NCBI RefSeq assembly: GCF_011386835.1
Contig: NC_088802.1
Coordinates: 496,001-560,000, forward strand
Direction: 5' to 3'
Length of the DNA: 64,000 bases
DNA from: Chrysemys picta bellii
Taxonomy: Eukaryota
A program made the translations under genes and the position numbers. Positions within the stretch are counted from its first letter, which is position 1, and each line of letters begins with the position of its first letter. Positions 25,000-35,166 of the stretch are shown here, in pieces. The notes beneath the pieces were generated by a model, which was given only the letters and a program-made list of their open reading frames with translations, searched no databases and was not told the origin of the DNA.

Positions 25000-26240
25000 T
25001 TAATGGAGACACCAGGGTAGGGCAAGTGTGGCAGCAAGTACATGTGAGTGCAGGCTGAGGGTCAGTGTGCAGGGGACTTGTGCATGCAGGGTGAGTGAGT
25101 GCGCACAGAGCAACTGTGTATTCAGGAGGAGGCTGAGTGTGTGTGCAGGGTGAATGTGATTAGAGTGGGTGTGAGGGTACATGGATTAGTGTGCCTTGGG
25201 TAAGTGTGCATGCAGGCTGAGTGGGAGTGCACATGGGGGAGTGTGACTGCAGGATCTCAGTGCAGGGGACAAGCATGGAAGAGGGTAAGTGTGCACATGG
25301 TGAATGGGCCTGTGTGTGGAGCAAGTGTGAGTGTGCATGCAGAATGAGTGCAAATGTGGAGGGTGTGTCCCCCTTGGACAAACACACTCAGGGCTAGTGG
25401 GAGTGTGTGTGGGTTGAGAATGATTGTGTGCAAGTTTCCATTAAAAGTGAGTGCACAAATGAAGTGTGTGGAGCAAGTGTGCATGCAGGATGAGTGGGTG
25501 TATGAAGAGAGAGAGCAAGTGTGTATTTGGGGTGAGTGTGCATGCAGGGTGAGTGTGAAGGGGGCAAATGTTCTTGCAGGGCAAAAGTGAGTGTGCATCT
25601 TGGCTTCTCCCTGGGGGGCAGCTGAGCTTCCCCACCCCTGTGAGCTGAGGGGGTGTGACGCCACCCCTCAGTGTGTGGTTGTGTAACAGCCCCCTATTAG
25701 TGGGTCAGGAGAAGAACTGTCTCCCTAGGGGGGTGTTTCTAGGGCAGCTCCAGGCTCTTGCAGAGAGAGAGGGTGTGTGTGTGCGCATGCTGGTCTCTGA
25801 GTGGGTGCACTTGTATGTGTGCAGGGTAAGTGTGCACGTTTGTGAGCGCATGAGGTGGGGTAGATTATTGTGGAGGAGTTTGCTGTCTGCACAGAGCTGT
25901 CTGTGTCCAATACTGGCTTGGCGTGTGGGCACGTTTTAGGGATGTGCATACACAGGGCAGGATTGTGTGTTGGGGTGAAGTATGGTGCATTGGGCTGTGT
26001 GTGTTAGGAGATATTAGAGGAGCATATTTTGTGTTGGTGTGTTTGAGTGCATTGGGAGCATATTGCGTTGTGTGATAGGGGATTAGAGTGTGTTGCATAT
26101 TATTTGTGTGTGTTAGGTCATATTCAGAGTAGTGGGATGTGTGTTAAGGAAGGTGCATTGGGGTGGGTATTGTGTCATATGTTAGGGGCACGGTGTGTAT
26201 TCAGGGATGTGCATTGTGTGTTAGGCATTAGGGAAATGTT
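25000..26240. repeat. Degenerate GT-rich microsatellite tract
   Basis: GTGTGCA/GAGTG-rich low-complexity sequence. Confidence 0.8.
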
Positions 26241-26738
26241 GTGGATTAAGAGAGACCCATCAAGAGAAATTTGGGACCCTGGCATATCATGTTCACTGGG
26301 GCCCCACCCTCACTGGGGCAATGCTCTGGAATTACTTGGTATGAAGCCAGTCAGGACTCTGGGGGAGCCTCCTCTCTCTAAGGTGCCACAAGTACTCCTG
26401 TTCCTCTCTCTGAGCATACCTTCAACGGGACTGCTATAGGTACCTGCATGGCCCCACAGTATGCCAACATTTTTATGGCTGACTTAGAATAACGCTTCCT
26501 CAGCTCTCGTCCCCTAACGCCCCTACTCTACTTGCGCTACATTGATGACATCTTCATCATCTGGACCCATGGAAAAGAAGCCCTTGAGGAATTCCACCAG
26601 GATTTCAACAATTTCCACCCCACCATCAACCTCAGCCTGGACCAGTCCACACAAGAGATCCACTTCCTGGACACTACAGTGCATATAAGCGATGGTCACA
26701 TAAACACCACCCTATACCGGAAACCTACTGACCGTTAT

Positions 26739-27307
26739 TCATAGATTCATAGATTCTGTCCTCCAAAGCAGTTGCAATCCCTCCCAGTTTGGTATCATCC
26801 GCAAACTTAATAAGCGTACTTTCTATGCCAATATCTACGTCGTTGATGAAGATATTGAACAGCGCCGGTCCCAAAACAGACCCCTGCGGTACCCCACTCG
26901 TTATGCCTTTCCAGCAGGATTGGGAACCATTAATAACAACTCTCTGAGTATGGTTATCCAGCCAGTTATGCACCCACCTTATAGTAGCCCCATCTAAATT
27001 GTATTTGCCTAGTTTATCGATAAGAATATCATGCGAGGACTGGAAGGGACCTCGAGAGGTCATCGAGTCCAGTCCCCTGCCCGCATGGCAGGACCAAATA
27101 CCGTCTAGACCATCCCTGATAGACATTTATCTAACCTACTCTTAAATATCTCCAGAGATGGAGATTCCATAACCTCCCTAGGCAATTTATTCCAGTGTTT
27201 AACCACCCTGACAGTTAGGAACTTTTTCCTAATGTCCAACCTAGACCTCCCTTGCTGCAGTTTAAACCCATTGCTTCTGGTTCTATCCTTAGAGGATATA
27301 CTTAGAG
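26739..27307 (-). mobile_element. Young CR1 LINE fragment with permuted segment order, inserted in the Penelope RT
   Basis: (CATAGATT)2 tail 26739-26755; RT segment [20 protein letters not shown]...[10 protein letters not shown] at 26756-27037; CR1 3'-terminal segment 27036-27293; GTTAT duplicated at both junctions. Confidence 0.88.
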
Positions 27308-27849
27308 GTTATACTTACTTACATGCCTCCAGCTTTCATCCAGACCACATCACACAATCCATTGTCTACAGCCAAGCTCTAAGATACAACCGCATTTGCT
27401 CCAATCCCTCAGACAGAGACAAACACCAACAGGATCTCTACCAAGTGTTCTTAAAACTACAGTACCCACCTGGTGAAGTGAAGAAACAGATTGACAGAGC
27501 CAGAAGGGTACCCAGAAGTCACCTACTACAGGACAGGCCCAACAAAGAAAGTAACAGAACGTCACTAGCCGTCACCTACAGCCCGCAACTAAAACCTCTC
27601 CAGCGCATCATCAAGGATCTACAACCTATCCTGAAGGACGATCCCTCACTCTCACAGACCTTGGGAGATAGGCCAGTCCTCGCTTACAGACAACCCCCCC
27701 AACCTGAAGCAAATACTCACCAGCAACTACACACCACACAACAAAAACACTAACCCAGAAACCTATCCTTGCAACAAAGCCCGTTGCCAACTCCGTCTCC
27801 ATATCTATTCAAGGGACACCATCATAGGAGCTAACCACATCAGCTACAC

Positions 27850-28071
27850 CAGGGGTTCTCAAACTGGGGGTTGGGACCCCACAGGGGGTTGTGAGGTTAT
27901 TACATGTGGGGTCACAAGCTGTCGGCCTCCACCCCAAACCCTGCTTTGCCTCCAGCATTTATGATGGTATTAAATATATTTAAAAGTGTTTTTAATTTAT
28001 AAGGGGGGGGGTCGCACGCAGAGGCTTGCTATGTGAAAGGGGTCACCAGTACAAAAGTTTGAGAACCATTG
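27850..28071. mobile_element. hAT-type MITE inserted in the Penelope GIY-YIG region
   Basis: TIRs CAGGGGTTCTCAAACT / AGTTTGAGAACCATTG; perfect TSD AGCTACAC; reverse-orientation relative of 15354-15567. Confidence 0.92.
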
Positions 28072-28687
28072 AGCTACACCATCAGGGGCTCGTTCACCTG
28101 CACATCTACCAATGTGATATATGCCATCATGTGCCAGCAATGCCCCTCTGCCATGTACATTGGCCAAACCGGACAGTCTCTACGCAAAAGAATAAATGGA
28201 CATAAATCAGACATCAAGAATTATAACATTCAAAAACCAGTAGGAGAACACTTCAATCTCCCTGGACACTCAATAACAGACTTAAAAGGGGCAATTCTTA
28301 AACAAAAAAACTTCAAATACAGACTCCAACAAGAAACCGCAGAACTGGAATTAATTTGCAAACTGGACGCCATCAAATTAAGCCTGAATAAAGACTGGGA
28401 GTGGATGGGTCACTAAAAAATGTAATTTTCTCCCTGCTGATACTCACACCTTCTTGTCAACTGTTGGAAATAGGCGACATCCGCCTTGATTGCATTGGCC
28501 TCGTTAGCACTACAAAAGTAATTTTCCTTCCCTTGATATTCACCCCCTTCTTGTCAACTGTTGAGAATAGGCCACTTCCACCTTAATTGAATTGGCCTCG
28601 TTAGCACTGACCCCCCACTTGGTAAGGCAACTCACATCTTTTCATGTGCTGTAATATTTATACTGCTTACTGTATTTTTCACTCCAT

Positions 28688-28727
28688 GCATCTGATGAAG
28701 TGGGTTTTAGCCCATGAAAGCTTATGC
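28688..28727 (+). ncRNA. Minimal type I hammerhead ribozyme motif in the Penelope 3' terminus
   Basis: GCAU-CUGAUGA-A-GUGGG(uuuuag)CCCAU-GAA-AGCU-U-AUGC: core boxes, stem I GCAU/AUGC, stem II, palindromic AGCU stem III. Confidence 0.75.
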
Positions 28728-30169
28728 CCAAATAAATTTGTTAGTCTCTAAGATGCCACAAGGACTCCTCGTTGTTTTCTCTGAGCATGTCTCCAGGGCA
28801 AGAAGCTTACACAGCTTTGACCTTCCTGGGTCTGACCTCAGAGCATTCAGCATCCCCTGCCCCTCCGTGCTCTTCCCACAGCGAGTCCACCCGGGCGGGG
28901 CTCTTGGGGGAGCCAGAGGGTCCTGCACCCCAGCTCCACAGTCAGCAGTGACTCTCAGCCATCCGGTAAAACAGAAGGTTTATTAGTCGACAGGATCACA
29001 GTGTAGAACAGAACTTGTCAGCAGAGAAATAAGTGACTTTCAGCCAAGTCCATCTTGGTGGGAGGGGAGCCCAGAGCCAGAGCTCTGGTCCTCCCGCTGC
29101 GCCCCAAGCCAGCCGAGACTGACTCACTTCCAGCTGCCTGGCCCCGCTCCTCCTCCGGCCTTTGTCTCGCATCCCCCTCTCCTGGGTCTCAGGTTACGAA
29201 GGGGTGGCCATAGCATCCATGCAGGAGCAACTGCTGCAAAAGTCACACAAGCTTATTCCCACCACCTAGACATAATAGACAGGGAAACTGAGGCACACAC
29301 AGCATTCGTGCAAAACAGTAAGACTCACATAGGCTTACATACAACATAACAAGGGCGAATCTCCCCTATGTAACATCCCAGTTACAGATGGTTTTTTTTG
29401 GGTGGGCCTCTGAGCTCAGGCCCTGGTACAATTGTTCCTCCCCCAGCCCCTGTTTGGATGTGTCCTTTGGTGATTTAGGGGCACTAGGGTGTGTTGTGTA
29501 CTAGGAGTGTCTGTGTTTGGATGGGTATGTTGCTAATGAGCCCTAGACTCATCCCCCTGCAGCAGCTCATTCTGGCCCTCACCCTGATGCTGGGGGCAGG
29601 CCGTGCCCGGACACAGGGGTTCCCGTTCCCATCCCAGCTCCAAGCAGCCTCTGGGGAGGGCAGACCCTGGGCACTGTTAACCACAAACCTGTGGGATGTG
29701 GCCTGGTGCCCCATAAGGAGATGCTATGGGGATGAGCTTACCCTGCCACAAGTCCTTCCCAAAATGTAACAGCTTGGACCCCTATCAAGGAGAGCTGGAG
29801 CACTGCAGGGGTGTGACTCTGGAGTGCTGAGGGGGTGGGGGTGCTAGATCTGGTGTGAGGGGCAGGGATCAGGACTTCCCAGGGGCTGGGGTGCTGGATG
29901 TGGTGTCAGGGGAAGTAGCATTATAGCAAGGGGATGGGGTCAGGAACCTGGAGACTGTCCCAGTTTGGTTTGGAGTGGGATCTAGTGGGATGGATAGAGT
30001 AGGGTGGGCTTGGATCCAGGACAAGTGGAACAGCAGCTGGACCTGGGTCACTGCTCTCTCTCCACTTAGCAATGGCCCAGCTGGGAGTTCCCTGATCACT
30101 TAAGCATCCAGCCCCTGGAACTGAGAGGAAAAACTATTGATTAGGGAATAGTGAGAGGGCTGCATGTCC

Positions 30170-32140
30170 GGATTGAGGGACACTGACAGAGCTGGGGGGG
30201 GCAGGACTGGGTAGCAGGGGGCTGTGGGTCAGGAGTGAGGGGCACTGGCAGAGCTGCAGCAGGAGGGAACCCAGGTTTGGGAGAGCAGGGGTCTGCAGTC
30301 AGGATTGAGGGGCACTGGGAGAGCTATCAGGGGAACCCAGGGCTGGGAGAGCAGTGGGCTGCAGTCAGGATTGAGGGGCACTGGGAGAGCTATCAGGGGA
30401 ACCCAGGGCTGGGAGAGCAGTGGGCTGCAGTCAGGATTGAGGGGCACTGGGAGAGCTATTGAGGGAGCCCAGGGCTGGGAGAGCAGTGGGCTGCAGTCAG
30501 GATTGAGGAGCACTGGGGGAGCTATTGAGGGAGCCCAGGGCTGGGAGAGCAGGGGTCTGCAGTCAGGATTGAGGAGCACTGGGGGAGCTATTGAGGGAGC
30601 CCAGGGCTGGGAGAGCAGGGGGATGCAGTCAGGATTGAGGGGCACTGGGGGAGCTATGAGGGGGAACCCAGGGCTGGGAGAGCAGTGGGTTGCAGTCAGG
30701 ATTGAGGGGCACTGGGGGAGCTATGAGGGGGAACCCAGGGCTGGGAGAGCAGTGGGCTGCAGTCAGGATTGAGGGGCACTGGGGGAGCTATGAGGGGGAA
30801 CCCAGGGCTGGGAGAGCAGTGGGCTGCAGTCAGGATTGAGGGGCACTGGGAGAGCTATTGAGGGAGCCCAGGGCTGGGAGAGCAGTGGGCTGCAGTCAGG
30901 ATTGAGGGGCACTGGGAGAGCTATCAGGGGAACCCAGGGCTGGGAGAGCAGTGGGCTGCAGTCAGGATTGAGGGGCACTGGGAGAGCTATTGAGGGAGCC
31001 CAGGGCTGGGAGAGCAGTGGGCTGCAGTCAGGATTGAGGGGCACTGGGAGAGCTATTGAGGGAGCCCAGGGCTGGGAGAGCAGGGGTCTGCAGTCAGGAT
31101 TGAGGAGCACTGGGGGAGCTATTGAGGGAGCCCAGGGCTGGGAGAGCAGGGGTCTGCAGTCAGGATTGAGGAGCACTGGGGGAGCTATTGAGGGAGCCCA
31201 GGGCTGGGAGAGCAGTGGGCTGCAGTCAGGATTGAGGGGCACTGGGGGAGCTATGAGGGAGCCCAGGGCTGGGAGAGCAGTGGGCTGCAGTCAGGATTGA
31301 GGGGCACTGGGAGAGCTATTGAGGGAGCCCAGGGCTGGGAGAGCAGGGGGTTGCAGTCAGGATTGAGGGGCACTGGGGGAGCTATTGAGGGAGCCCAGGG
31401 GGATGCTGGGAGAACAGGGGGATGCAGTTAGGATTGAGGGGCACCGGGAGAGCTATGAGGGGGAACCCAGGGCTGGGAGAGCAGTGGGTTGCAGTCAGGA
31501 TTGAGGAGCACTGGGGGAGCTATTGAGGGAGCCCAGGGCTGGGAGAGCAGGGGTCTGCAGTCAGGATTGAGGGGCACTGGGGGAGCTATTGAGGGAGCCC
31601 AGGGGGATGCTGGGAGAACAGGGGGATGCAGTTAGGATTGAGGGGCACCGGGAGAGCTATGAGGGGGAACCCAGGGCTGGGAGAACAGGGGGATGCAGTC
31701 AGGATTGAGGGGCACTGGGAGAGCTATTGAGGGAGCCCAGGGCTGGGAGAGCAGGGGTCTGCAGTCAGGATTGAGGGGCACTGGGAGAGCTATTGAGGGA
31801 GCCCAGGGCTGGGAGAACAGGGGGATGCAGTCAGGATTGAGGGGCACTGGGAGAGCTATCAGGGGAACCCAGGGCTGGGAGAGCAGTGGGTTGCAGTCAG
31901 GATTGAGGGGCACTGGGGGAGCTATTGAGGGAGCCCAGGGCTGGGAGAGCAGGGGTCTGCAGTCAGGATTGAGGGGCACTGGGAGAGCTATTGAGGGAGC
32001 CCAGGGCTGGGAGAACAGGGGGATGCAGTCAGGATTGAGGGGCACTGGGAGAGCTATCAGGGGAACCCAGGGCTGGGAGAACAGGGGGATGCAGTTAGGA
32101 TTGAGGGGCACTGGGGGAGAACAGGGGGATGCAGTTAGGA
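30170..32140. repeat. 66-bp satellite abutting the CUTA promoter
   Basis: Unit gggcactgggggagctattgagggagcccagggctgggagagcagtgggctgcagtcaggattgag; the 22-aa periodicity in the ORF track confirms 66 nt; roughly 29 copies. Confidence 0.95.
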
Positions 32141-32149
32141 TTAAGAGCC

Positions 32150-32340
32150 CCCGTCCGGGACGGATCCTCCCTGATGCTATAGGAGAGGGGAGGCACATGG
32201 TTGAGGGGGGCGGGACATAGTCGCGTGACTCAAGGGGGCGGGTTTGCGGCAGCAGCATGCTGCTGTCCTGGGTCACGTGAAGGGGGAGGGGGCGGGTCCA
32301 GCGCCGATTGCAGCAGCAGAGCCGCGCGGGCAGGTAGGAG
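32150..32340 (+). promoter_or_regulatory. CUTA CpG-island promoter and non-coding exon 1
   Basis: Three GGGGCGGG boxes, E-box GTCACGTGA at 32272-32280, 14-bp palindrome AGCAGCATGCTGCT at 32251-32264, donor CAG|GTAGGA at 32333. Confidence 0.7.
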
Positions 32341-32533
32341 TTGCAGCCTGGGTTCGCGCCAGCGCAGTGCCCCGCTGCCCCAGGCCTTGCGGGGGCTGCT
32401 CTCCCCTCGCAGGGAGGCCTGGCCCTAGGGGAGCGGGGCAGGGGAGCCGGCTCAGTTGGCTGTTTGCCCGTGCAGGGCTGGTCCCAGTCCCTTGGGCGGA
32501 GTCCCGCAGGGGCGGTAGCAGCGACACGCGCCG

Positions 32534-34155
32534 ATGAAAGCTGCCTGCTGCGTGAGTAAAAGCCTGACTGCTGCCGACCACCTATGGGGCTATGCCTCGC
32601 CCGGCGCTGAGATGCAGCCGCCTCTCGGGGGGTTCAGCGGCTGTTTACACTGGCGACGCAGTAACACACCTCCTAGTGCTAACCTGGGGCCAGTACTGAC
32701 TGCGAGGGGAGGGTGCCGTCAGCGAGACCCCCACCCAAGTCCCTGCAGTCCCCCAGGTCTGGCCCTTACTCTCACTGTCTCTTGGCCATAGGTGCTGTTG
32801 CTGTCCCTGTTGATGGTGCTACTGCTCCGAACCGTGTATCAGCGTCTCTTCTCCATGGCGGCTGAAGCCTATACCCCAGGGAGCCTGTCAGCTGCCTTCG
32901 TCACCTGCCCCAATGAAAAAGTGGGCAAGGAGATTGCAAGGTGGAGCTGGGCTCTATCCCCAGCTCTGGGAGGGAAGTGGGGGCTGGTGGGTTAGAGCAG
33001 GGGGGCTGGGAGCCAGGACTCCTGGGTTCTCTCCCCAGCTCTGGGAGGGGAGTGGGGGCTGGTGGGTTAGAGCAGGGGGGCTGGGAGCCAGGACTCCTGG
33101 GTTCTCTCCCCAGCTCTGGGAGGGGAGTGGGGGCTGGTGGGTTAGAGCAGGGGGCTGGGAGCCAGGACTCCTGGGTTCTATCCCAACTCTGGGGGGGGAG
33201 TGGGGGCTGGTGGGTTAGAGCAGGGGGGTGGGAGCCAGGACTCCTGGGTTCTATCCCAACTCTGGGGGGGGGGAGTGGGGGACTTTTGAGCATGGAGGAC
33301 ACTGATATGTATTTTTGTCCTGAGCAGGATGATGGTAGAGAAGCACCTGGCTGCCTGTGTCAACATCATGCCTCAGATCACATCCATGTGAGTGCAGGAG
33401 CCAAGTCCCCGGGCTCTATGGTCACTGCATTGGGCCTGGAATTGGGATGGGGGAGTGGCCTGGCCTTGCTGACTGGGGCAGGCTTTCTCTGTGTATCCCT
33501 CTCACCAGCTCCCCCTGCTGGTTTCTTTCAGATACGAGTGGAAGGGGAAGATCGAAGAGGACAGGGAGGTGCTGTTGGTGAGGGATCATGTGGGGAGGGT
33601 CTCTGTGGGATGGGGCATAAATCCCCTGCCTGTGTAGGCAATGGGGAGGCTCTAGAACCCCGGGCTCCGCCCTGCATGTTGGGGGGGGGGGGGAGGAGCA
33701 GCTAATGGAAACCCCCACCTTTCACCATCTGTCTCTCCCCAGATGATCAAAACCCGGAGTTCCCGGATCCCAGCGCTGACCGATTTTGTCCGGTCAGTCC
33801 ATTGTCCTTCTGTCTCCTTCTCCACCCTGTGGGAGCCTGCTGGTGGGGATGGGCCTAGGGAATTTCTGGGGTGGGGGGGGTGGAGTCTCGAGAGAAGGCT
33901 GAGTGTGTGTGGCAGGAGGGTTGCTGGGGGCGGTGAGAGGACATGAGTCTCTGGGGGGGTGGGGGTGGCAGGGGCAGAGTGGTGAGTCCCTGGGGGGAGT
34001 TACTGGGGAATCCTTGCCTGCTCCACCCCCTCTGACTTCCCCCATCTCCCTACAGGTCGGTGCACCCATACGAAGTAGCAGAGGTGATTGCACTTCCCAT
34101 CCAGCAGGGAAACGCACCATATCTGCAGTGGGTTGGGGAGACTGTGCCAGAGTGA
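32534..34155 (+). CDS. CUTA: CutA divalent cation tolerance homolog, 140 aa
   Basis: Exons 32534-32551, 32792-32940, 33328-33387, 33532-33577, 33743-33792, 34056-34155 (423 nt); [18 protein letters not shown]...[24 protein letters not shown]...[12 protein letters not shown]. The small first coding exon is less certain. Confidence 0.95.
32949..33280 (+). repeat. Tandem array of ~4.5 tRNA-like 75-bp units in a CUTA intron
   Basis: Unit has D-arm-like GGCTGGTGGGTTAGAGC and T-arm CTGGG-TTCTCTC-CCCAG; 25-aa periodicity in the ORF track. Confidence 0.85.
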
Positions 34156-34284
34156 GACCCCATACCCCACAGCAGGGGACCATCTGCCCCTACCCTGCTT
34201 CAATCCCCCTGTACGGAGACACCACAGGAACAGGACTCACCCCATGGAATTTTTTTTTTTGCGGGGCGGGGGGAACCTGCAGCC

Positions 34285-34290
34285 AATAAA
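34285..34290 (+). terminator. CUTA polyadenylation signal
   Basis: AATAAA 130 nt after the stop codon. Confidence 0.7.
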
Positions 34291-34531
34291 CTGCCCCCAA
34301 CGCACCAAGGTTGGCTCCTCATTCACAGTACACACATCCCTGGTGTACGGGGGGAGCAAGATGGCGCCTGCGAGCCAGGACTCCTGGGTTCCTTTCTGGC
34401 TCGGGGGGGGGGGGGGGGGGGGCATGGAGGTGTGGGGGTGGAGGCTGGCCTCCTGGGTTTTAGCCCTTCCTGCGCCACAGCAGCCGGTGGTGCCCTCCCT
34501 CTAATGACCAGACTGAGTCTGCAGCAAGCTT

Positions 34532-34537
34532 TTTATT
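34532..34537 (-). terminator. PHF1 polyadenylation signal
   Basis: Minus-strand AATAAA (plus TTTATT) about 630 nt after the PHF1 stop. Confidence 0.65.
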
Positions 34538-35166
34538 GCAGGTGTCAGTTTGTACAGTCAGAATGGCGATGGTGACCACAGCATCAGCACACAGGGATGG
34601 GGGAGAGGGCACAGCTGGCCTGGGGGGAGGGGAACATATGCCGTCTGTACAGCAGGTTACAAGCAGGATGGATGACTGTGCTGGGGGGCACCCCTCTCCT
34701 CCCAGGCCTTGGGGAGCTGCCACCTCCCATTCCTGTGCCCCCATTCTGCCTTGGACAGCCCCATTGTGGCAGGGTGCCCCAAGCTCTGTCCTCCCCCCCA
34801 TTGCACTTCATTAAATAGAATTTTTACAGAATAATAAAAATGCAACAAGAAAATAAACCCTTTGAATACAATGAAGCATTTGCCCGGTGGGAGTGGGGAA
34901 TGCCCCCACCATCCACCCTAGGGCCCTTCTTTGAGCAGGACTAGGCAATTCCTGCCTTATATCCAAGCTGAGGGTGAGAGCCCCCCCTCCCCCAGTACAA
35001 TCCCCACTGCTGTCAGAGAGGGACAAATCCCTGACACTGCACTCTGTCCTGGGAGTTGCACTTGCTCAGTGTGTATGTGTGCGGGGGGGGGGGGGGGAGA
35101 GAAGAAAGGCTGACAACTCTCTGCAGCCCCAATAGAGGGGGTGTATCTCTGGCACTTCCCTCCCCC

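Larger units (their letters stand above)
26376..28777 (+). mobile_element. 5'-truncated Penelope-like retroelement (RT + GIY-YIG), inactive
   Basis: RT motifs GTAIGTCMAPQYANIFM...RYIDDIFIIW...LYRKPTD (TAA at 26490-26492); GIY-YIG VIYAIMCQQCPSAMYIGQT at 28080-28416; 3' terminus ...gttagtctctaagatgccacaaggactcc; 11-bp target duplication TCTCTGAGCAT at 26407-26417 and 28778-28788. Confidence 0.92.
26290..29375. mobile_element. LTR-like element split by a Penelope insertion (pieces ~26290-26375 and 28778-29375)
   Basis: Left piece ends ...gagcctcctctctc and right piece resumes tctctgagcatgtctcc...; terminates in TGTAACA; minus-strand AATAAA at ~28979-28984. Outer boundary and TSD not resolved. 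Confidence 0.5.

Noticed and set aside
26419-28416. Active retroelement or domesticated RT/endonuclease gene
   Set aside because: 5'-truncated, in-frame stop at 26490, frameshifts, and two nested insertions.
30229-32276. 22-aa repeat ORFs and CRISPR-like regularity
   Set aside because: Tandem 66-bp satellite without unique spacers or cas genes, in eukaryotic DNA.
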